This document shows positions 29,253-37,710 of a DNA stretch of 64,000 nt, one piece after another; positions within the stretch are counted from its first letter, which is position 1; every line of letters begins with the position of its first letter. Both the position numbers and the translations under genes were made by a program. Source of the DNA: a virus (taxonomy: Duplodnaviria; Caudoviricetes). The stretch spans positions 1 to 64,000 of the IMG/VR virus record IMGVR_UViG_2687453619_000001, one strand, 5' to 3'. The notes below the pieces were generated by a model. It saw nothing but the letters and a program-made list of their open reading frames with translations. It did no database searches and was not told where the DNA came from.

Positions 29253-30509
29253 TCAATGGTGCTCATATGGATATTTTTGAATATACATTTCGATGACAAG
29301 TTCTGCTCGCGTTGTATTTGGATTTTCTGCAAGCTTTTTACGTTTTTCAAAAGGGATCTTTGCGGCAAGTAGTTCGAATTCGAAGAACGTAAACTTGTGG
29401 TCGGTGTCGTCAAAAAAGAGGTGGGCAATTACCTCGTCCGCCGTTTTTCCATAGTTGTTTCCGCCTTCGAAAAAAACCTTCAGTAGATTTTCGTCAAGAC
29501 TGAAAGTAGTACCAGCGGGTAGGGCAATTGACGTTCTCGGAACAAGTTTTTGAGATGGAATTTCCCTAGCATCGGGACGGTCGCCGACCGCAGCAATCGC
29601 CTGAAAATCAGCTAGCGCTTTTTGTGATTTGCGACCTAAGTATGGATTTATGACCCCATAGCTTGAGAAGCGTGTCGTTGTCGTTAGGGGATGTATCACT
29701 AGAGATGGAATGTGGATTTGCAGCCAACACAGAAGCACATTGCGACAATCGGTAAGAATTGGGGTTGTTATCGTGGGCTTGGCGATTTCAATCAATTTTT
29801 TTTGGACTACATCTCTAGCATGATCACTAGTCTGCCCGATTGTAAGCCCATTATGAGGAAACGCCGCCTTAGTAACGTCTGCAGCAATTATTCCATACGC
29901 TGCTTTCTTACCATGCTGGCTTGGCATCCGTGCCATTAGTTGTTTCTTCGCCTTTTTTAGATTTTGTTCCAAAGCGTTAGAGCCTGCAATTCTCTTGCAC
30001 TCTAAATAGAATATGTGTTCAGGGGAGACTGCAACAACGTCGGTATCAGTCGAAAGGTCTACCTCACATCCCATCTGGCAGAAGTAGCTAGCTATTCGAA
30101 GCTCGAACTGGGTGTTACGTGACACTGTGTCGGTGTCCATTGCAGCAAAATCGCTTCCACTGACAATCATTCGAAGCTTATTGTCAATACCCGCTGGGAT
30201 ATGTGCTTTGAGGCCCTTAAGAATCCACATAAGTTCGTGTATTTCTCGTAGGACGTACATCTCCCAATCAATTTCACGTTCAAAGCGTGCATCGGATATA
30301 TTTTTGAATATCTTGACAGCACTGACAGAATTCGCGGATTCGACGTGCTCAAGGTATTTTATGTAGCGCTCAATTCTCGTGTTACGGGTATCAATTCCGC
30401 GAGATTCTAGAAGTTCTTGTACGTTCACAATATCCGCTAGGTGGTCGGAGAATCGCAACCCAGGAATGGAGTGGGTTGGCAGTGGGTAAGAATTTATGTC
30501 TTCAGTCAT
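29253..30509 (-). CDS. hypothetical protein with PD-(D/E)XK-like nuclease motif (moron)
   Basis: FELRIASYF...TDVVA...YLECKRI; AT-rich; lies between xis and int. Confidence 0.65.
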   Translation of the reverse strand: MTEDINSYPLPTHSIPGLRFSDHLADIVNVQELLESRGIDTRNTRIERYIKYLEHVESANSVSAVKIFKNISDARFEREIDWEMYVLREIHELMWILKGLKAHIPAGIDNKLRMIVSGSDFAAMDTDTVSRNTQFELRIASYFCQMGCEVDLSTDTDVVAVSPEHIFYLECKRIAGSNALEQNLKKAKKQLMARMPSQHGKKAAYGIIAADVTKAAFPHNGLTIGQTSDHARDVVQKKLIEIAKPTITTPILTDCRNVLLCWLQIHIPSLVIHPLTTTTRFSSYGVINPYLGRKSQKALADFQAIAAVGDRPDAREIPSQKLVPRTSIALPAGTTFSLDENLLKVFFEGGNNYGKTADEVIAHLFFDDTDHKFTFFEFELLAAKIPFEKRKKLAENPNTTRAELVIEMYIQKYPYEHH

Positions 30510-30672
30510 CTAGTCGACGTAATTTGTCTCATAGGATTTACGGAGTGCTCTTACTGCTCTCAAGCAAACGAGTGAAACACAACCAGATATTTAATGATCA
30601 TACTGGCAAATTGGCACGAGGTTATCTTCTGCGTCGCTTTTGTTCGATGTAAGATCTCCTGGAGGAGGCTGA

Positions 30673-31680
30673 CTATTCAGCTGTCTTCTTTTCCCGATGG
30701 AGATCCTCGGGCTTTAGATTGGTATACCGTCGTAAATGACGCCAATCTTTATGACCAGTTACCAGCGACACCTGCTGTATTTCGTAACCTTCTTCAAATA
30801 GCCGTGATGTACCTTCATGCCGCAGGTCATGGAAGTGTAGATCTGGAATGCCGAGCTCGTCGCAAGCTTCTTTGAAGTATTTTGATACGGTCTGTTCATG
30901 TACAGGAAATATGCGATCGTTATCCTGGGACTGCCGTTGCACAATGTCCCATGCGTCACCGAGCAGCGGTACCCACTGATCGTTCCCTTGCTTCTTTCGT
31001 GGATCTTTCCGATCACGCACCAGGACCAATTTTTTTTCTGAGTCTAAATCTGTCCAGCACAACTTGACAATTTCACCTCGCCGCATCGCAGTAGCGATCG
31101 CAAATCTGACCAGATCGCTATATGGCTGTTTAAGTTGATTTAGCAGACCGGCTATTTCATCCTCTGTTGGTCGGCGTTCCCGCTTGCCGCCCCCGCCAAT
31201 GAGCCCTAGGTGATTCAAAAGGGGGCGGGCCTGGCCCGTGACGTCGGGAAGCGCTATTTTGAGGAACGACCCGGTATAGCGCATTACAGTCCCAAGTTTG
31301 CTTAATTCCATATTGATGGTGTACGGACCGGCACCTTCTTCCTTCCTCATTTGGCAATATGAAACGAGATCCTGAGTCGAAAGCGCTCCTGCGCGCTTGT
31401 CCCCCAGTCCATCAGACAGGCGTCGAAGCATGTAATGTTCGTTGGCGGTATCGGCAATAGGGCGGGACTGATCTCGGAGCTCGCGATACGCTTGTATCAC
31501 TTCATTAACACGAAGTACCCCCGGCTCTGCTACAATTTCGCCGCGGTCGATCTCGGCTTCGCGTTGTCGTGCCCATGCTTCGGCCTGGGCTTTGGTCTGG
31601 AATGTCTTGCACAATCCTTTATGGCCTTTACGACGTATAAGCGCACGCCAAGAAACGCCGATTTTTACTATGCTTGCCAT
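30673..31680 (-). CDS. int: tyrosine recombinase / integrase
   Basis: TAMRRGEI, HFHDLRH and TGHKDW..L.RY catalytic motifs. Confidence 0.95.
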   Translation of the reverse strand: MASIVKIGVSWRALIRRKGHKGLCKTFQTKAQAEAWARQREAEIDRGEIVAEPGVLRVNEVIQAYRELRDQSRPIADTANEHYMLRRLSDGLGDKRAGALSTQDLVSYCQMRKEEGAGPYTINMELSKLGTVMRYTGSFLKIALPDVTGQARPLLNHLGLIGGGGKRERRPTEDEIAGLLNQLKQPYSDLVRFAIATAMRRGEIVKLCWTDLDSEKKLVLVRDRKDPRKKQGNDQWVPLLGDAWDIVQRQSQDNDRIFPVHEQTVSKYFKEACDELGIPDLHFHDLRHEGTSRLFEEGYEIQQVSLVTGHKDWRHLRRYTNLKPEDLHREKKTAE

Positions 31681-31681
31681 G

Positions 31682-31710
31682 TATCACTCTCTATATCACT
31701 TTGTATCACT
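31682..31710. repeat. three TATCACT direct repeats (candidate integrase arm sites)
   Basis: copies at 31682, 31694 and 31704, between the int start and the tRNA. Confidence 0.5.
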
Positions 31711-31788
31711 GACAGTCTGATACACGATTATATCGAATGAGTGCCTCATAGGAGGAATAGCTAAAATATCAATGGAAATATATCCAAT

Positions 31789-31863
31789 CTCGCCATAGTT
31801 CAATGGATAGAACGAGTGCCTCCTAAGCGCTAGATACAGGTCCGATTCCTGTTGGCGGGACCA
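31789..31863 (+). tRNA. tRNA-Arg(CCT), probable att site
   Basis: acceptor stem CTCGCCA/TGGCGGG, anticodon stem AGTGC/GCGCT with loop CTCCTAA, T-stem ACAGG/CCTGT, encoded CCA. Confidence 0.92.
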
Positions 31864-31898
31864 GACAGCCCTTATTTCATGCGCCTTGCAGGGGATAT

Positions 31899-31918
31899 TG
31901 GCGTAATTCTGGCGTAAT
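31899..31918. repeat. two TGGCGTAAT direct repeats (candidate integrase arm sites)
   Basis: copies at 31899 and 31910, 11 bp apart, just downstream of the tRNA. Confidence 0.45.
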
Positions 31919-32030
31919 CATAATAATTTGCCGCAGTCTGCTGGCCAGCGCGGAAAGTGTGGCGCTGAAGTGGCTGTTTCTCTCCCCCCAGACAAGCAAG
32001 TGCCGAAAATAAGGTACGCCTCGGGAAAAC

Positions 32031-32305
32031 GGTAACATTAGTAACCTTTTTTGAAAATCGGCCGCAAAGCATTGTCGCATAAGGCTTTGTCGGTTTCGAT
32101 AAAAGGTAACTTCGGGGTAACCTAGGGGTAACATGGTTACCATAGTAGAAGGTAATATAGCTAAAAAATAATAGTTATATATATCAATAATTTAGATGCA
32201 AGTTACCTTTTGGGTTACCAAAGATTACCTTTCAAAGGTAACTACCTAATTCTATATAAATCAGGCACTTACAAAGGGAAAAACCGACAGGTTACCAAGG
32301 TTACC
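32031..32305. repeat. GGTAAC/GTTACC iteron array, candidate phage replication origin
   Basis: GGTAAC at 32031, 32105, 32116, 32127, 32237; GTTACC at 32136, 32202, 32214, 32291, 32300; AT-rich core ~32157-32200. Confidence 0.7.
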
Positions 32306-32488
32306 TTTCCCCCGCGGTCAAACCTGAAATCGGCTTTTCTTTGCTTCCGTCCGTCCCTCGTTTTTACGCCTCCGCCTGCGTCGTTTTGCGTCACTTTTTT
32401 GCGACGTATTTGTGCCCTTCGCCGGCAGGTTTCTCCTATGTGCGTCACCTCTGGAAATTTGAGTCGAAAGCGACCAATTTAGCGGGCA

Positions 32489-32507
32489 GGCGTGGCGGGG
32501 GGATGAC
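32489..32507 (+). other. cos-like cohesive-end site 1
   Basis: GGCGTGGCGGGGGGATGAC followed by TGCGCGC; resembles P2/186 cos GGCG(A/T)GGCGGGGAAAGCAC-TGCGCGC. Confidence 0.75.
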
Positions 32508-32629
32508 TGCGCGCGCCGACTCATAATGCCGGTTCTAGCCCTGCGTACCTTACTCGCAACAGTTGAAATTACTTGCAATATAATTAATCTTCTGTAAAGA
32601 TAGCCTCGAAGCAATTTTAGGGACTGGCT

Positions 32630-33247
32630 ATGGCAATGCGGAAGATTGTCGTTGTAGGCGACAAGACAACTACAAACGGTGTGATCCTGCCGAATGCAAA
32701 TTCAACTTTCTCTCTTGGCGACGCCGGACACAAGGCGGCGCTAATCGGTGGGCCGGTGCAATGTCTTGCCTGTAAGAGCGAGGGAGTCATTGCTAAGGCC
32801 GGAGGACCGCGCCGGATGCAATTTATGGGCGAGGTCGCACTGGAAGACGATATCGTCATTTGCGGCTGTCCTGTCCATCCGAAGCTCGTAGCGAGTCTCC
32901 ATCAAACAATGACCTACGATGACGGCATAGAGTCATCAGGGCCCGTATCACCTCCTACAGGGGCCGGTGCAGCGTCTGCTGCCGTTGCAGCGGCTACAGC
33001 AGCTGCCTCTTCTGGCGGTACTCAAGATACCCAAGAAAAGCAAGGCAAGCGTTTCCTATTCCAAGATAGCGAAACTGGGAAGCCATTGGCGAACCGTGCA
33101 TATCTTGCCAAAGTTGGCGGCGCTCAGCAGAGCGGCGTGACTGATGGTGATGGATACGCCAATGTTGATGCAGCGCCTGGAGAGGCGATTCAATTACATT
33201 TGATATTCCAAGCGCCAACAGGCGCATTGAAGCACGGAGAGGCTTGA
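32630..33247 (+). CDS. PAAR-domain protein with C-terminal extension
   Basis: GDKTTTNGVI, CLAC and VALEDD...CGC..HP motifs; Ala linker; C-terminal GKPLANRAY...GVTDGDG (transthyretin-like). Confidence 0.85.
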   Translation: MAMRKIVVVGDKTTTNGVILPNANSTFSLGDAGHKAALIGGPVQCLACKSEGVIAKAGGPRRMQFMGEVALEDDIVICGCPVHPKLVASLHQTMTYDDGIESSGPVSPPTGAGAASAAVAAATAAASSGGTQDTQEKQGKRFLFQDSETGKPLANRAYLAKVGGAQQSGVTDGDGYANVDAAPGEAIQLHLIFQAPTGALKHGEA

Positions 33248-33248
33248 G

Positions 33249-33974
33249 ATGGGAACAGACGCGCATTACACGCCGACGCAGTGGGCAACTGCTTTTACAG
33301 AGTCAGACTACATATGCAAGCCGTTCAAGCTGGTTACTGTCAATGACAGAGCAGCTACCCGGGAAGCAATCATTACTCGTGTTCGACAGCAAGGCATGGA
33401 GTTCGTAGAGCGATCCAGCTGGGCCGCGCATAAGAACCGCTCAGAAAAAATGAAGGACGACTGGAATTACACCAAGATCGCCATCCATCATGCCGGACGT
33501 AGCTTCTCCTGCGGGCCTGCCGCACTACAGTTGCAGGAAATCCAAGGCGAACAAATGCAACGTATCTCAGCGGACGATATTGGTTATCACTATGCCCTTG
33601 ATTGTTTCGGAAACGTCTTTGAGGGCCGAGATATCCGGTTCAAGGGAGAGCATGTGCATAACTACAATACCGGCGTTATTGGCATCGTCCTGCTGGAAAA
33701 TTTGGCCGAACCGGAAGAAGGCGGCGATACCGTATCTGCCGTGAGAAAATTTTTTAGTGCAATGGGTGCAAATGAACAGCCTGCAGTACCGACAGCACAA
33801 AGCGAATCAGCTACAAAATTCATCGCCATATTGCGCGAATTCTTCGCCATTACTACCCTGGGTGGGCATAGAGAATTCCCTGGGCAGACTCGGGAAGGGA
33901 AGATTTGCCCCGGTAACGTAGGTCTATCTTTTGTGAAAAAAGCTCGTGCTGCCAGCGGACTTGCAGCGCCATAA
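33249..33974 (+). CDS. N-acetylmuramoyl-L-alanine amidase (Amidase_2/PGRP-like), putative T6SS effector
   Basis: IAIHHAG, DIGYHY, FEGR, GEH...N and GHRE...CPG zinc-amidase motifs; no signal peptide; 1 nt after PAAR. Confidence 0.82.
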   Translation: MGTDAHYTPTQWATAFTESDYICKPFKLVTVNDRAATREAIITRVRQQGMEFVERSSWAAHKNRSEKMKDDWNYTKIAIHHAGRSFSCGPAALQLQEIQGEQMQRISADDIGYHYALDCFGNVFEGRDIRFKGEHVHNYNTGVIGIVLLENLAEPEEGGDTVSAVRKFFSAMGANEQPAVPTAQSESATKFIAILREFFAITTLGGHREFPGQTREGKICPGNVGLSFVKKARAASGLAAP

Positions 33975-33991
33975 CGGAACAACCAAATTCA

Positions 33992-34318
33992 ATGCAAAAA
34001 CCATTCAATAGAAAAATCATTTACGTAGCGACTTTGGTCTTCGTACTGCTGATTGCTTGGCTGTTCACAGGATACGTGCGCTCGTATCTGGATGACGAAC
34101 AGCAAACCTCATTTTTCATCAAGAAATTTCCTACCTTTCAATTGGAGTTTGTCGATCCTTTTGCTAATGAGGGCGATAGTCCTGCCATCGCTGACCTTTC
34201 CACCGTGGATAGAAAATCGCTTGTTGACTACTGCAAATATCGCTTTGGCGTAACGTCAGGCAGCGATGAAGCGCTGGATGACTGCGCTAAGAATATTCCC
34301 GGTTACTTGAAACAGTGA
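33992..34318 (+). CDS. putative periplasmic immunity protein
   Basis: N-terminal TM anchor and two Cys; directly downstream of the amidase. Confidence 0.6.
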   Translation: MQKPFNRKIIYVATLVFVLLIAWLFTGYVRSYLDDEQQTSFFIKKFPTFQLEFVDPFANEGDSPAIADLSTVDRKSLVDYCKYRFGVTSGSDEALDDCAKNIPGYLKQ

Positions 34319-34403
34319 TAGTGATAGTGCCAAGTCTCTAACCAAGCGGCATCATGAGGAAAGTGCATTTGACAAGGCCGGCAGGATTACTACACGCACT
34401 GGC

Positions 34404-34691
34404 TTAGTCAACGTTCCCGCGAATCAGTTTCTTAACGGCTTCGTACGTGTCTTCAACTTGCAGAGTCCGCACGGACCGAAACACAGTTCCATCTCCGTTA
34501 AGCTCGGGGTCAACTTGGTCATCAGGTTCAAGTAGCGTGATTATGGTCTTGGCACCGAATTCCCCGTAATACTCGTGCATGTCTACAAAGGTAGTAATCT
34601 GATCGACTCGGATACTGCCTTTTCGCGTTGGAGCGCCTACCGATTCTTTGGAATCGCTGCGAATGGTTACTTCAATGAAGTGTGTGTTCAT
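34404..34691 (-). CDS. hypothetical protein
   Basis: ORF from MNTHFIEV with AAGGTG RBS, downstream of SRAP. Confidence 0.55.
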   Translation of the reverse strand: MNTHFIEVTIRSDSKESVGAPTRKGSIRVDQITTFVDMHEYYGEFGAKTIITLLEPDDQVDPELNGDGTVFRSVRTLQVEDTYEAVKKLIRGNVD

Positions 34692-34713
34692 GGTTTCACC
34701 TTTTCTTTGAAAA

Positions 34714-35397
34714 TTAGAACAATGTGCCGTTTGATTCGACACGTTTCGTCGTTGATTTTCTCGGGGGTGCTGGTGCCGGCGCAGCTTTCATCAGCGCGGG
34801 CGGGTATAGCTGGAGATATGCTCTAGCGCGTTCAGGATCAGTGCATTCTAACCAGTCGCTGTAGTCGGATTCCGGCACGATCACCAATGACCGTTTTTCA
34901 TCGTCTGGCTTGTGGAATCGCTTCATCAGTGGATGGTCGTCGGCATTGACTGTAATTTGCGTGAATGAGTGTGTTGTTGATCCATCAGGCTCATGCCATA
35001 CACGCCACATGCCGGCGACTGCAAACGACGCCTGATCAGCCATTCCAATGCTCCACCGAACGGCCGAGCCAGTCTCGTAACAAGGCTCATAGAACGATTC
35101 CATCGGGATTAGACAAAGCTGCGCCGCACGCCAGTACTTTGCAAAGCTCGGCTTTTGTCCTATCGTCTCGGCCCGCGCATTCATGGTTGAGAATTTTTTG
35201 ATACCTGGCGGAATATGTCGCTTTGGCACCATCGCATAGCTGGCTAGGATCACTTCGTTGCCGCCGGCACCGCGGCGAATTATCGGGGCATCGTAGTCAT
35301 TGTAAATTTCGTTCGGCCAGTCTAAGCCATTGGGCATCATGGCCTTGAAAATCGGCGGCAAACGGTCACGCGGCGTTGCATTGTAATTTGTACACAT
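34714..35397 (-). CDS. SOS response-associated peptidase (SRAP/YedK/HMCES family)
   Basis: Met-Cys N-terminus (MCTNY), NARAET, CLIP...FYE and SFT.IT.NA motifs. Confidence 0.88.
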   Translation of the reverse strand: MCTNYNATPRDRLPPIFKAMMPNGLDWPNEIYNDYDAPIIRRGAGGNEVILASYAMVPKRHIPPGIKKFSTMNARAETIGQKPSFAKYWRAAQLCLIPMESFYEPCYETGSAVRWSIGMADQASFAVAGMWRVWHEPDGSTTHSFTQITVNADDHPLMKRFHKPDDEKRSLVIVPESDYSDWLECTDPERARAYLQLYPPALMKAAPAPAPPRKSTTKRVESNGTLF

Positions 35398-35426
35398 AGT
35401 TCGACTCTCCATACAGCAGATGCGAT

Positions 35427-35768
35427 CTAGTCTATCAACACCGCCGCTTTTTGTTGCGTCGTCATTTCCAAAATTTTAATCCGCCAACTCTGCGCGAAGG
35501 TTTGCCCTGTGACCTCATCCTTCTGAAGACCACTTAAAAGCATGTGATCCTTGTAGATGCCAAGCACGGCCACATCCTGCAAGGGTGGCAGCGAATCAAA
35601 TTCGCCATTCAGAAGACGCGCAACGTGATAAGTCCGCTCCGCCAAGTATTCACTCTTTTGGCGCTCAATGCGAAGTTCTCCGCACAGACAATTCATTTTG
35701 CGCTTGTCCAGCGCTTTCTGGTCAAGGGTGCGCCCCTCATCCCAAAGGCTCTCCACTCTGACAAACAT
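35427..35768 (-). CDS. hypothetical protein
   Basis: 113-aa ORF with GGAG RBS, co-oriented with SRAP. Confidence 0.6.
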   Translation of the reverse strand: MFVRVESLWDEGRTLDQKALDKRKMNCLCGELRIERQKSEYLAERTYHVARLLNGEFDSLPPLQDVAVLGIYKDHMLLSGLQKDEVTGQTFAQSWRIKILEMTTQQKAAVLID

Positions 35769-35856
35769 TTTTCACTCCAAATATTTGATTTATAGAAACA
35801 TGGAAAATTGACCCCGCAACAGCTAGCAGTACAGCGCCGGCAATGCGATAAGCGAA

Positions 35857-36168
35857 TCAATGAACCCTGTGAAATGCGTCGTAGATCATTGAAAACGCGC
35901 AGGCAATCGCACTTGATTCGCCAAAGTCGACCAGGTCATCATTCAGCGGATAGTTGAAAACCCCGGAGTGCCTAATCAAGTTGATGTAGGCTGGCTGGAG
36001 GTCGTCGGCGCGGTTCAATTCGGCCAGCACTTCGCCTTCAATCGAATGGATTAACCGCCAGGTAAGCGGCTGCCCCTCGGTGCGGTGGCGGGTGACTATT
36101 ATCGCAATAATTGGTTCTGCTCGAGCAATTACTGCATCAAATTCGTTCATGTTGGTAAGGCGCATCAT
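35857..36168 (-). CDS. DUF2471-like protein
   Basis: IVTRHR...LTWRLIHSIE.EVL...YP..D..VDF pattern recalled from betaproteobacterial proteins. Confidence 0.6.
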   Translation of the reverse strand: MMRLTNMNEFDAVIARAEPIIAIIVTRHRTEGQPLTWRLIHSIEGEVLAELNRADDLQPAYINLIRHSGVFNYPLNDDLVDFGESSAIACAFSMIYDAFHRVH

Positions 36169-36187
36169 TTTCTCCAAAGCACAAATA

Positions 36188-36205
36188 TACTGTATATATA
36201 CAGTA
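36188..36205. promoter_or_regulatory. SOS-box-like palindrome with short spacer
   Basis: TACTGTATATATACAGTA = CTGT-N6-ACAG (canonical spacer is N8). Confidence 0.4.
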
Positions 36206-36358
36206 TAAACGCTTATCGAGCTTTTGCAAAAATTCCGCGCAAAGTGCGTTATTTTGCGCCAAGCCGTTGCAGGTGGTTTCCCGGCGCACCCAGCACAGCT
36301 CGGGGGCTTGGCGTTTTTGCGAACTGCGTTAGAAGAAGTGCATTAAACGAAGCCGGCA

Positions 36359-36378
36359 GGCGCGGCGGGGGGGATGAC
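36359..36378 (+). other. cos-like site 2
   Basis: GGCGCGGCGGGGGGGATGAC-GGCGCGC, preceded by GTGCATTAAA as upstream of P2 cos. Confidence 0.6.
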
Positions 36379-36408
36379 GGCGCGCCGACCGTCAAATGCT
36401 CCTATATA

Positions 36409-36424
36409 CTGTGTATGAACACAG
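36409..36424. promoter_or_regulatory. LexA (SOS) box
   Basis: CTGT-GTATGAAC-ACAG, canonical CTGT-N8-ACAG. Confidence 0.7.
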
Positions 36425-36645
36425 TGTATTGCTAAAAATGCATTGGTAAATCATCTGTCCTAAATCTATGTCCCGAAAGAGGGGCCGCACGATGCTTTAT
36501 AATTCAGCGGATTTGCCCGCCAGTGGGTTGGCGGCCAGGCAGAATGGCGTTACGCGTGATGGTAAATTTGGAATTTAAGGGGTAGCAAGGAAAAATCTTT
36601 ATTCAACAATCAGTCGCCCTTGGGCACTCTGCCGTGAGAACAGGG

Positions 36646-37710
36646 ATGAAAAATCTAAAATATTGTGTGTTCGGAGATGTTGATCTTGCAGATAAATTTT
36701 TCGATTCTTTAAAAGAAGACTATGCTGAGTTCAGTGATTGGTTCGAACGCAAAGCTGCAAGTCAGGAAATGGCCTACGTGTTCTATCGAGCGCGTGAAGA
36801 AATTGATGGTTTTTTGTACCTAAAGACTGAGGTTGGAGTTGTTGCAGACATCGTCCCACCATTAGCATATGGTCGCCATCTAAAAGTCGGCACACTGAAG
36901 ATTAATGCTCATGGAACAAAGCTCGGCGAACGATTCATAAAAAAGATACTCGATCATGCGGTGCTTGACGGTGTTGATGATGTGTACGTAACCGTGTTCG
37001 AAAAACATGAGAATTTGATTGATCTCATTACCAGATATGGTTTTGAGAGACATGCAGAAAAGCAAGGGAGAAATGGCGTCGAACTAGTGTTTCTCCGAAA
37101 AATGAAAGAGGCGCAAGGTGATGTTCTCAAAGACTATCCCTATATCTTGCCCGATCATGGAAACGCCTTTTTGCTTGGAATCTACCCCCAATACCATACT
37201 CGATTTCTTCCCGATTCAAAATTGCACAATGAATCGTTTGACATACTAAAAGACGTTTCACACACCAATAGCATTCACAAGATTTTCATTTCTGGAGTTG
37301 CCGCGACAGGCAAGCTAAGTGCTGGTGATATCTTGGTCATGTATCGCACAAATGATGGGAAGGGAGGGGGTAAGGCCTACTATCGTTCCGTTGCCACATC
37401 AATATGCGTCGTTGAGGAAGCAAGAAAAATAAAAAGCTTCGATACGAAAGGTGAGTTTATGCGCTATGTTAAGCCGTACAGTGTTTTTGATAGTGCCGAA
37501 TTGGAAGACTATTTTCATAATAAAAAGCGCCGCACAATAATTAAATTTACGTATAACGCAGCTTTGACTAAACGAATTATCCGTGGCAATTTGATCCAAG
37601 AAATTGGTATCTCCTCTAAGAGTCGCTGGGATTTTTTGAAGTTAACCAAAGAACAGCTGTATCAAATAATACAAGTTGGAGAATTAAATGAGAATTTTAT
37701 TATCAATTAA
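36646..37710 (+). CDS. GNAT acetyltransferase fused to a PUA/EVE-like domain
   Basis: GFLYLK...LKVGTLKI..HGTKLGERF...VYVTVF...YGF GNAT core; C-terminal I.P.YH..., GDILVMYR and SVATSICVV PUA-like part. Confidence 0.78.
   Translation: MKNLKYCVFGDVDLADKFFDSLKEDYAEFSDWFERKAASQEMAYVFYRAREEIDGFLYLKTEVGVVADIVPPLAYGRHLKVGTLKINAHGTKLGERFIKKILDHAVLDGVDDVYVTVFEKHENLIDLITRYGFERHAEKQGRNGVELVFLRKMKEAQGDVLKDYPYILPDHGNAFLLGIYPQYHTRFLPDSKLHNESFDILKDVSHTNSIHKIFISGVAATGKLSAGDILVMYRTNDGKGGGKAYYRSVATSICVVEEARKIKSFDTKGEFMRYVKPYSVFDSAELEDYFHNKKRRTIIKFTYNAALTKRIIRGNLIQEIGISSKSRWDFLKLTKEQLYQIIQVGELNENFIIN

Larger units (their letters stand above)
1..31788. mobile_element. P2-like prophage 1 (left end outside window)
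   Basis: P2 gene order Q-P-O-N-M-L-X-lysis-R-S-V-W-J-I-H-G-FI-FII-E-T-U-D, then repressor, ogr, primase and integrase abutting a tRNA. Confidence 0.95.

Noticed and set aside
32031-32305. Possible CRISPR array
   Set aside because: Repeats are 6 bp, in both orientations and irregularly spaced, with no cas genes; this fits iterons.
34314-34326. AGTGATA repeats complementary to the TATCACT arm-like repeats
   Set aside because: About 2.4 kb from the att site and overlapping stop codons; probably chance.
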